Notes under the pieces: generated by a model
Told to the model about the DNA's origin: nothing
The model's input: only the letters and a program-made list of their open reading frames with translations
The model's database searches: none
Position numbers and translations under genes: made by a program
Part shown: positions 40,845 through 50,153 of the stretch, piece by piece
How positions within the stretch are numbered: position 1 is the first letter of the stretch
How the letters are laid out: the number at the start of each line of letters is the position of its first letter
DNA from: Pirellulales bacterium
GTDB lineage: Bacteria > Planctomycetota > Planctomycetia > Pirellulales > JAICIG01
Length of the DNA: 64,000 bases
Direction: 5' to 3'
Assembly: GCA_035533075.1 (NCBI GenBank)
Contig: DATLUO010000064.1
Location: 12,573 to 76,572, forward strand

Positions 40845-42584
40845 ATGCAGAAACTGCAGGGAATCGCCGTCTCGCCGGGCATCGCCATCGGCGAAGCGCT
40901 GGTCATGGACACCGAGGGGTTCCGCATCCCTCGGCGGTTCCTGACGCGCGACGCCGTCGACGAGGAGCTCGACCGCTTGCGCCGCGCCTTCGCCGCCGCC
41001 GCCTCCGAAATCGAGCACAACCGCGACACCGTGGCCCGCGAGTTGGGCAGCGAATACGGCGCCATCTTCGAGGCCCACCTGCAGATGCTCCGCGACCCGC
41101 GGCTCCGCAGCGAGCTGGACCAGATGATTCGCGACCGGCATTACTCGCCCGAATATGCCATCAGCCGCACGTTGCGGCGCTACGTGAAGGTCTTTCAATC
41201 GCTCGATTCGGGGCCGATGCAGCAGCGGGCCGGCGACATTTTCGACATCGAAAAGCGGCTGTTGCGAAACCTGCTGGGGCGCCGCCGCGAGGAGATTTCA
41301 AGCCTCACCTCACCCGTGCTCGTGCTGGCGCACAATCTCACGCCCAGCGAGACGGCCAATCTCGACCGCCGCTACGTGCGGGGATTTGTCACCGAGATCG
41401 GCGGCGCGGGGAGCCATACGGCCATCGTGGCCGAGGCGCTGGAGATTCCCGCCGTGGTCGGCACCGGTCCCTTTCTGAGCGATGTTTCCGGCGGCGACCT
41501 GGTGATCATCGACGGCGATCAGGGACTCGTCGTTCTCCATCCCGACGAAGAGACCATTGCCCGTTACCGGCACGAGATCGAAGAGCGCCGGACCATGACG
41601 GCGCGGCTGGAGAGCTTGCGCGACTTGCCGGCCGAGACGGCCGACGGCGTGCGCGTGCAGCTTTTGGGAAACATCGAGTTTCCGCACGAAGTGGCGCACT
41701 GCCTGGAGCGCGGCGCCGACGGAATCGGCCTTTATCGCACCGAGTTTCTGTATCTCGGCTCCGACGTCGAGCCGGACGAAGAAGCTCATTATCAGGCCTA
41801 CGCCGAGGTCTTGAAGGCGATGGAGGGCCGCCCGGTGGTCATTCGCACGCTCGACCTGGGCGCCGACAAGCTGGCGAATTACTCGCCGGACGTGGAGCGC
41901 AACCCGTTTCTCGGCCTGCGCAGCATCCGGCTGTCGCTGCGCAACCTGCCGCTGTTTCGCACGCAGCTTCGCGCTATTCTGCGGGCCAGCGCGTTGGGCG
42001 ACGTGCGGATCATGTTCCCGCTGATTTCGACCATGCTCGAACTGCGGCAGGCGAAAATGGTGGTGGCCGACGTCATGGAAGACCTTGAAGAGCACGGCCT
42101 CCCCTTCAATCGCGCCGTGAAGGTCGGCATGATGGTCGAAGTCCCCTCGGCCGTGATGATGATCGATCACTTCGTGGCCGAGGTCGACTTTTTGAGCATC
42201 GGCACCAACGACTTGATTCAATACACGCTGGCGGTCGACCGCAGCAACAAGGACGTCGCCACGCTGTACACCGCCAGCGACCCCGCCGTGCTGAAGCTGA
42301 TCGAAATGACGGTCAACGCGGCGGGCCGCCGGCAAATACCCGTGAACCTGTGCGGGCAGATGAGCGGCAACTCGCTCTACACCCTGTTGTTGCTTGGCCT
42401 GGGACTGCGGCAATTCAGCGTTCCGCCCAGCGCCATTCCGGAGATCAAGAAAGTGTGCCGCAGCGTCACGATCGGCCAATGCGAGGCGGTGGCCGCGCAC
42501 GTGATGACGCTGGAGAACGCGCGTGACATCAAATCTTTTCTCAAGGAGGAACTGAAGAAGGTCCTGCCCGAAATGGTGGGATAA
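40845..42584 (+). CDS. ptsI: Phosphoenolpyruvate-protein phosphotransferase (Enzyme I)
   Basis: 'GGAGSHTAIVAEALEIPAV' and 'DGIGLYRTEFLY'. Its ATG abuts the ptsH stop codon. Confidence 0.95.
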   Translation: MQKLQGIAVSPGIAIGEALVMDTEGFRIPRRFLTRDAVDEELDRLRRAFAAAASEIEHNRDTVARELGSEYGAIFEAHLQMLRDPRLRSELDQMIRDRHYSPEYAISRTLRRYVKVFQSLDSGPMQQRAGDIFDIEKRLLRNLLGRRREEISSLTSPVLVLAHNLTPSETANLDRRYVRGFVTEIGGAGSHTAIVAEALEIPAVVGTGPFLSDVSGGDLVIIDGDQGLVVLHPDEETIARYRHEIEERRTMTARLESLRDLPAETADGVRVQLLGNIEFPHEVAHCLERGADGIGLYRTEFLYLGSDVEPDEEAHYQAYAEVLKAMEGRPVVIRTLDLGADKLANYSPDVERNPFLGLRSIRLSLRNLPLFRTQLRAILRASALGDVRIMFPLISTMLELRQAKMVVADVMEDLEEHGLPFNRAVKVGMMVEVPSAVMMIDHFVAEVDFLSIGTNDLIQYTLAVDRSNKDVATLYTASDPAVLKLIEMTVNAAGRRQIPVNLCGQMSGNSLYTLLLLGLGLRQFSVPPSAIPEIKKVCRSVTIGQCEAVAAHVMTLENARDIKSFLKEELKKVLPEMVG

Positions 42585-42704
42585 GAATTTCGTTTGGATA
42601 AACTGTGCTGTCCGGACCGCAGAAACGGATCGGCGGAGACGCCGGGCAGCCAACGTGTTTCGGAAGGTCGCGCCACGACGGCAGTGGCGCACCAGAGCGA
42701 ACCT

Positions 42705-43313
42705 ATGGTTCGACAACGAGTACGCATTCGTTTTCGTAAAGAGAAAGACCTGAGGCTGATCGGCCATCACGATCTGGCGCGCGCCTGGGAGCGGATTTTT
42801 CGCCGGGCCGGCGTGGCGCTGCGCATGAGCGAGGGATTTCATCCCAAGCCGCGGATGGTGTTCGCCTCGGCCCTGGCGATGGGAGTGATCGGCGCCGACG
42901 AGGTGCTCGACGTGGAGCTGGCTGACGCCTGGTCCGTCGAGCAATTGCGCCCGGCTTTGACCGCCCGGCTTCCCGATGGCCTGAGCATCAAGTCGCTGGA
43001 GATCCTGCCGGCCGACGCGCCGCGGTCGCGCGTCGAGCGCGTGACCTACGCGCTCATCGTGCCGGCCGAGCGACGGGCCGCGTTGGCCGAGCGGCTGCAC
43101 GGTAGCCCGCTTGCTCCGCAAGCGGGACCGCGCCGCGATCCCGTCGGATTCGTGGAGCAGATCGAGCTGACCGGCGACCGGTTGCACTTCACCGCACGGG
43201 TGACGCCGCAGGGCACGGCACGGCCGCGAGAGCTGCTGGCCTGGCTGGGTCTCGACGATCTCGACGAGCAGGGAATCTACCTCACCCGCACGACCGTGGA
43301 GCTGGCCCCATGA
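42705..43313 (+). CDS. TIGR03936/DUF2344-type radical-SAM-associated protein
   Basis: 'RVRIRFRKEKDLRLIGHHDLARAWERIFRRAGVALRMSEGFHPKPRMVFASALAMGV'. The start is ATG 42705, inside ORF 42594-43313. Confidence 0.78.
   Translation: MVRQRVRIRFRKEKDLRLIGHHDLARAWERIFRRAGVALRMSEGFHPKPRMVFASALAMGVIGADEVLDVELADAWSVEQLRPALTARLPDGLSIKSLEILPADAPRSRVERVTYALIVPAERRAALAERLHGSPLAPQAGPRRDPVGFVEQIELTGDRLHFTARVTPQGTARPRELLAWLGLDDLDEQGIYLTRTTVELAP
43102..43128. repeat. REP R2 ('GTAGCCCGCTTGCTCCGCAAGCGGGAC') in frame inside the TIGR03936-like CDS
   Basis: A perfect CCCGCTTGC/GCAAGCGGG stem, translated as 'GSPLAPQAG'. Confidence 0.8.
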
Positions 43314-43382
43314 GCCCGATCCCCGTCGAGTATGAAAACGAAAGGCTTGCTCTTCCGCTTTGCCGAACAAGAAAGCGAGAAA

Positions 43383-45041
<1,659 letters not shown>

Positions 45042-45051
45042 TTTTCGCACA

Positions 45052-45621
45052 ATGAGCGAGGAGCTGATACTGGCGAGCGGTTCGCCGCGGCGGCGGCAAC
45101 TGCTCGCGCAGGCGGGCTACCGTTTTCGGGTCGTGGCGCCGCGCGAATCGGCGGAATGCGGAGTGTGCAGCGCCGAGACGCCGCCCGTCATGGTGGCCAG
45201 GCTGGCGTATCAAAAGGCCGCCGATGTTGCCGGGCGCATCGGCCGCGGGCTGGTGCTCGGCTGCGACACCGTGGCCGAATGCGCCGGGCGGATTTTGGGC
45301 AAACCCGCCGACGAAATCCGCGCGCGCGAAATGCTCGAGCTGCTGAGCGGACGCGAGCACCATGTTTACAGCGGAGTTTGCTTATGGCGCGTCCCTGACG
45401 GCCAGCCGCTGGTGGAGGTCGAGGTTACGACGCTGGCGATGCGGGTGCTTTCGCCGCGCGAGATCGACGACTATCTGGCCAGCGGTCTGTGGGAAGGGAA
45501 GGCGGGCGCCTTCGGTTTGCAAGACCGTTTGGGGTGGCTGGAAATCACCGCGGGCAGCGAATCGAACGTCGTGGGGCTGCCGCTGGAGCGATTGGCCGAC
45601 ATGCTGCGGCGCACTGGGTAG
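45052..45621 (+). CDS. maf: Maf-like nucleoside triphosphate pyrophosphatase
   Basis: 'LILASGSPRRRQLL', 'GCDTVV'-like 'LGCDTVAE' and 'GKAGAFGLQD'. Confidence 0.88.
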   Translation: MSEELILASGSPRRRQLLAQAGYRFRVVAPRESAECGVCSAETPPVMVARLAYQKAADVAGRIGRGLVLGCDTVAECAGRILGKPADEIRAREMLELLSGREHHVYSGVCLWRVPDGQPLVEVEVTTLAMRVLSPREIDDYLASGLWEGKAGAFGLQDRLGWLEITAGSESNVVGLPLERLADMLRRTG

Positions 45622-45800
45622 GGTGGGACCAGCGAGCTTGCGAGCGCCGGCCCACCATCGGCGAGGGAGAGACGGAGAGAGGGAGCGACGGAGAGACGGA
45701 GAGACAACCCGTAATGCGGCCCGCACTGTCCCTCCGTCCCTCCGTCCCTCCGTCCCTCCGTCCCTCCGTCCCTCCGTCTCTCCGTCCCTCCTCCTCTCCC
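45618..45800. repeat. REP R3 followed by an inverted pair of period-8 purine-rich/pyrimidine-rich arrays
   Basis: R3 spans 45618-45659 and contains the maf TAG stop codon. (GAGAGACG)n spans 45659-45705, a spacer of about 24 nt follows, and (TCCCTCCG)n spans 45729-45797. Confidence 0.88.
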
Positions 45801-46272
45801 TCCGCCGCCGCGGACGGCTCCGTAAACACCACGCCGCGGATAGCGCACAAGAGCGCCGTCTGCGACCGATGCGACACGCGCGTCGCATCGATGCCGCTGG
45901 GAGTTGACCAGGCGCAGGGCCTCGCGGACGAACGGCCCCGAGGCCCGCCACACCGGACCGGTGCGCCTGCGCTTGCCGCCCGCCCGCACTTTGGCCGCGC
46001 GCGGCCGGACCGGCGACGGCACTTTGGCAGCGTGCTGCCGAACTGGCTGCGTCCGGTGCCGGTTCGTCCGTCTGCACGATCGGCGCAAGTGCTTTCAGGG
46101 CCTGCCGTTGCGACGAAAAGCGCTCGGGGTGCTGCGCGGTCAGCCGCGACCAGTTGCGGGCGAGCTGCATGTAGCGGCGCGCGGTCCGTGCCGAGAGCCG
46201 CTTGTCTTTGTCCTGTTGGAAGTGGCTATAATCGACCACGTTCCGCACGGGGCCAACTCTTGCTCGGAGGAG

Positions 46273-46761
46273 ATGACGATGAAAAAGCCGTTGTTGCTCA
46301 CGTTGGCATTGGTGGTGCTCTCGGCCGGCGGCGTGGCGGTCTCGTTCGGGGCGCGCGACGACGCGAACGACAAGTCGGGTTCTGGATACGGGTCGGCCGC
46401 GGCGAAGGCGCATCCGGCTGAGGCAAAAGCCGTCCTGGCGGCAGCCAACGACTTTTGGGATGCGATGATGGCAATGCAAGCGACAGGGACCGCAACGTTT
46501 TCGGAAGACCTCCACCTCGGCTCGTGTAGGTTGCTTAATGCGGAGCGAGCATTGGCCGACACCCAAGAAGCCGAACAAGCGGCCCAGCTGGCCCACTGGC
46601 AGCGGATGGAGGACATCTATCGCAAGATCAAGGCCCTCTTCGACACCGGGACCAAGGGCGGCGAGCCGGACAAACTGGCGGCGGCCAGGTATTATCGTGC
46701 CGAAGCCGAATTGTGGCTGGTGGAAGCGGGCGGCACGGTTCCCGGCGACCGGCTCAAATGA
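46273..46761 (+). CDS. Secreted hypothetical protein
   Basis: A GGAGG lies before ATG 46273. The signal peptide is 'MTMKKPLLLTLALVVLSAGGVAVSFG'. The body is helical and Ala/Glu-rich. Confidence 0.65.
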   Translation: MTMKKPLLLTLALVVLSAGGVAVSFGARDDANDKSGSGYGSAAAKAHPAEAKAVLAAANDFWDAMMAMQATGTATFSEDLHLGSCRLLNAERALADTQEAEQAAQLAHWQRMEDIYRKIKALFDTGTKGGEPDKLAAARYYRAEAELWLVEAGGTVPGDRLK

Positions 46762-47018
46762 TTGCCGTGAACGCAAGGCGACTTCAATTCGGCACCCGCG
46801 AGTTGCTCAGGCTGACGTTCTCCTCGCTCATCATATTTTATAGCGGCTGAAATGGTATCACCTTTCGACGGCCTATCTGATCGACGTGGCTGTCTTGCCG
46901 AGCGGCATGGTCCCGGTGGCCAAGGCGCGGTAAGCTCTTCGGCATGCCCCACAAGAATGCTGATCGAGGCGACGCCGGTTACGTCGCCATCACATTCCCA
47001 GCCACATGGAGGTTCAAC

Positions 47019-47648
47019 ATGCAGCCGCGAATCGGTCCTCTGGTAGCAGCCATCTTGCTCGTTGTTGGCAGTCGTGCCGCAGCCGATACGCCGCCCGGCA
47101 AGAAGCCGTCGCGAGCGTCAGTGGCCGACGAAAAACTCCGCCAAGAGCTTCTCGACCGAACGCAAAAAGACCAGGCCGTGCGTAAGGAACTGCTGAGTCG
47201 AACGCCTGACGACGCCGAGGTACAGGAGATGGTACAGGTTGACCTCGATAACACCGCTTGGCTCAAACAGGTCGTCGAGTCGCATGGCTGGCCGGGCAAC
47301 GCGTTGGTCGGCGAAGATGGGGCTTTTGCCGCTTGGTTATTGGTGCAGCACGCGGACCTTGATCCCGCGTTTCAAAAGAAGTGCCTCGGGCTGCTGGCGA
47401 AAGCGGTGGAAAAGAACGATGCTTCGCCGAGGAATTTGGCCTATCTAACCGACCGGGTACGTGTCAACGAGAAGAAACCGCAGGTTTACGGCACGCAGTT
47501 TGACCTTGTTGGCGGCAAGCTGAAGCCAAAGCCTATCGAAGACGACGCGCACGTCGATGACCGCCGCAAGCAGGCGGGCTTGGAGCCGCTCAGTGAATAT
47601 CTGAAGTCGGCTGAAGCTGCGTTGCCTCCCGACAAAGCTGGGTCGTGA
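47019..47648 (+). CDS. Secreted hypothetical protein (I recall similar sequences labelled DUF6624; unverified)
   Basis: A GGAGG lies before ATG 47019. The signal peptide is 'MQPRIGPLVAAILLVVGSRAAA'. The conserved-looking core is 'GWPGNALVGEDGAFAAWLLVQHAD'. Confidence 0.68.
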   Translation: MQPRIGPLVAAILLVVGSRAAADTPPGKKPSRASVADEKLRQELLDRTQKDQAVRKELLSRTPDDAEVQEMVQVDLDNTAWLKQVVESHGWPGNALVGEDGAFAAWLLVQHADLDPAFQKKCLGLLAKAVEKNDASPRNLAYLTDRVRVNEKKPQVYGTQFDLVGGKLKPKPIEDDAHVDDRRKQAGLEPLSEYLKSAEAALPPDKAGS

Positions 47649-47807
47649 ACGAGGACGCTGGCTCGTTGGCCGACGACGGCTGCGGCAAGGCCGTTCGGCT
47701 GCGAACGGATGCGCCAGACAGGCGTCGCGTGAAGAGCAGGGGCGCGACGGCTCGCCGCCTGCGAGCCGGCTTGCTTCGTGCCGCCCCGCCGTCGCTATGA
47801 TAGGGGC

Positions 47808-47981
47808 ATGGCCGAGAATCCGTACAAATCGCCCGTTGCTTTGGAGCGAGCAGAACGCGTGAGGCGTCGCCCCAAGAGGCATCGCCGAAAGTGGAGCGCC
47901 ATGGAATCCATCGCATCCGCGTGTTTCGTTCTCGTCGCCATCTACCTCGGGGCGTTGATTTTCGAAGCGCTGTCCCATTGA
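47808..47981 (+). CDS. Small membrane protein with an 'NPYKSP' N-terminus
   Basis: 'MAENPYKSPVALERAE...' with a C-terminal TM segment 'IASACFVLVAIYLGALIF'. Confidence 0.5.
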   Translation: MAENPYKSPVALERAERVRRRPKRHRRKWSAMESIASACFVLVAIYLGALIFEALSH

Positions 47982-48068
47982 CCGGCCCGCTCGATTGCAT
48001 CAGATGTTCCTTCGGGCCGATAATGCCCTGATCGACGAGGCCATCACTCTCGCGACGACTGCCATACC

Positions 48069-48311
48069 ATGAGCCGACGATTTCAGTTCAGCTTGGCCAG
48101 GTTGTTTGCAGCAACGGTGTGCTGCGCGCTCGCCGCCATCTCTACGAGACACATCTTTTACGTCCGGCGTATTGAAATGGGGGAAGCGTTGGCGTGGACC
48201 TTAACCGGCTGCGTCTCGCTGGGTGTGGCAGTCGCCGTGCTAACGCAAAGCGATAACCTGGGCGTCGTCGCGGCAATAATTGCTGCGGTCGCCATTATTC
48301 TTTTTGGTTGA
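48069..48311 (+). CDS. Small membrane protein with an N-terminal 'RRFQFSLARLF' motif
   Basis: 80 aa with three hydrophobic segments. Confidence 0.55.
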   Translation: MSRRFQFSLARLFAATVCCALAAISTRHIFYVRRIEMGEALAWTLTGCVSLGVAVAVLTQSDNLGVVAAIIAAVAIILFG

Positions 48312-48328
48312 AATCAGGGACTCCGCAC

Positions 48329-48541
48329 ATGCCCCGCCCGCAATTCACCCTCCGTGCGTTGCTGGTGGCCATGCTGGTCGTGGCCGCGTTCTTTGGGGGC
48401 ATGGTTGCGCAGAAGAGGCTCGACCAACGTGTCATCGAACGCTCTGGCTTGCGTCTGGAAACGACGACGATGCCCGACGGGACGTTCCAGACCCGGCTGG
48501 TGGATCCCGGCGGAAACCAGCTAGGAAAAGTGCGAGATTAA
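48329..48541 (+). CDS. Small membrane-anchored protein with an N-terminal 'RPQFTLRALLV' motif
   Basis: The preferred start is ATG 48329, inside ORF 48308-48541. One TM segment is followed by a short soluble tail. Confidence 0.55.
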   Translation: MPRPQFTLRALLVAMLVVAAFFGGMVAQKRLDQRVIERSGLRLETTTMPDGTFQTRLVDPGGNQLGKVRD

Positions 48542-48621
48542 GCGCGGCCACCGGCCAATTCCCCGGCCACACAGGAATAACGCACTATCCGGAAGCGATA
48601 GCCGGCGCGAACGGCCAGCAA

Positions 48622-48885
48622 GTGGCTTACCTCGTCTTGCCCGACGAGGAAATCGAGCTGCGATTGATTCGGCCACTGCGGTTCAGCTATCAGCATGCAG
48701 CTTGTGGAGAGGTGACACGAATGGGTTTGACGATCGCCCAGACGTTTGCTCGCCGGCCGTCGTTTGACAGCCAGGCGTTTTGCGTTGCGTGCCGAAGGCA
48801 TTTTCCCTTGAAGACGTTCGGCGATGACGAAACGATGCCACAGTATCACTTTTTTTGGGAGGATGGTTCGCCGGTCGGGACCTAG
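48622..48885 (+). CDS. Possible small Cys-containing protein (start uncertain)
   Basis: The coding-like tail is 'VAYLVLPDEEIELRLIRPLRFSYQHAACGEVTRMG...AFCVACRRHFPLKTFGDDETMPQYHFFWEDGSPVGT'. The only in-frame start candidate I found is GTG 48622. Confidence 0.35.
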   Translation: MAYLVLPDEEIELRLIRPLRFSYQHAACGEVTRMGLTIAQTFARRPSFDSQAFCVACRRHFPLKTFGDDETMPQYHFFWEDGSPVGT

Positions 48886-49100
48886 GCATTGGGGTCGGTG
48901 GCGGTATAGCGTCTGGACCGCTACCGCCGGTTTCTTTCCAGGCTATTTGCTGTGGGAAAAACACGCGGTCCAGGCCTCGGACGGCGGTTGCTGCTTGTCC
49001 CAATCTTGCATCCAGGCAACGAAAACTGCAAGCAGGACGAAGGTGCGACAGCTTCACGGTCGGGGCTCCCGCGGGCATCGCCCAAAGCAAAGCCAGTGAA

Positions 49101-49181
49101 TCAAAACGGCAAGGAGGCCGTTGACAAAAGGCGAATCGAGAACTGAAGTTGGCCGCGTGGGACTCCGGATGGTCGAGTCAT
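49101..49181 (-). pseudogene. Degenerate member of the 'QFSxRLL' small-protein family (frameshifted)
   Basis: ATG 49181 gives 'MTRPSGVPRGQLQFSIRLLSTASLPF*'. The expected TM helix 'VNGLLAVLIHWLCFG' continues in another frame. Confidence 0.3.
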
Positions 49182-49542
49182 GGCTGGCTCCGACAAATAA
49201 GGAACGGAAAACCGACCCTCGACCCCCGCAGGGCATCGACCGAAATCAAGCGGGCTGCGGGCACCGGCTCAAGAACTTGAGCGGCCGGGCTTTGCCGGGC
49301 CGACGATCGTTGGATGTTCGCGAGCATCAATAAATTCTCTCTACGTTCGGCGGGGATGACGGTTGTTTTAACGCTTCCGTGAGGCGGTTGCCAACATCGT
49401 CGATGATAGCCGCTCAAAGTCAGCCTGACCGCCTGGCCACCAGGTGGCTCTGGCTAGCAGGCCCAGCCCGGCGGTAGACTCTAGGCTCGTAAGTAACAGG
49501 CTCGTAAATAACCCTGGGCGAATCGCAACCGGTAAACTTGCC

Positions 49543-49923
49543 ATGCCAACCAACCGAAAACCTGATGACGAACGGACGCCGGAAGACGCCCGACGCGCGG
49601 CCGAAGATTCGATCGAGCTGGCGAAAGTGCTGGCCGGCGAAAGCGCCATGAGCGACCAGGAATTTCTGGAGCGGATGGCCCGCAGCGACGACATCGTGTG
49701 CCTCGACGCCGAGACGGACGGCATGACGCACAACATCCTACTCGGCGCCCAGGTTGCCCGTGAGATGATCGAGGCGGCCGAATATGAAGACGTGGTGAGC
49801 AAATGGGCCGAAGAGAGCCAGCGTCGCTGGCGCGAGAGCAAGTTTTTCAAGCTCTGGCAGGCCGAGCAGGCGGCTGGCCGCGCCCCGCACAAGGCCTTCG
49901 AGGAGCGGGGCTGGGAGCCGTAG
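49543..49923 (+). CDS. Hypothetical acidic protein
   Basis: 'MPTNRKPDDERTPEDARRAAEDSIELAKVLAGESAMSDQEFLERMARSDD...'. The composition looks coding, but I recognised no family. Confidence 0.5.
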   Translation: MPTNRKPDDERTPEDARRAAEDSIELAKVLAGESAMSDQEFLERMARSDDIVCLDAETDGMTHNILLGAQVAREMIEAAEYEDVVSKWAEESQRRWRESKFFKLWQAEQAAGRAPHKAFEERGWEP

Positions 49924-50153
49924 GGCCGTGGAGGTAGGCGCGGTCCAGGCTCTCGACGGTCGCCTGCGGAACCGATTCTTAACTGCCGATTGATTGCACC
50001 CTGTCGCGTCGGGGACGACAATCAACCGTGACCCGACTACCGTATGAAGCAGCCCGACCATCCGCCGGCAACACGCGGCGAACCGGCTAAGTAATAATTC
50101 GGTGCTCTTTGGCGGCGTCACCATCATTATCTTCACACGATGAGGATTCCTCT

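Noticed and set aside
45382-46776. A 464-aa minus-strand ORF spanning the maf 3' end, the repeats and the secreted-protein gene.
   Set aside because: It reads through tandem repeats and lies antisense to two plus-strand genes. Only a short internal stretch (46060-46250) looks protein-like, and that is reported separately at low confidence.
46780-49540. The lower-GC stretch considered as a genomic island or mobile element.
   Set aside because: I could recognise no integrase, transposase, tRNA attachment site or flanking direct repeats. It is kept only as a compositional observation.
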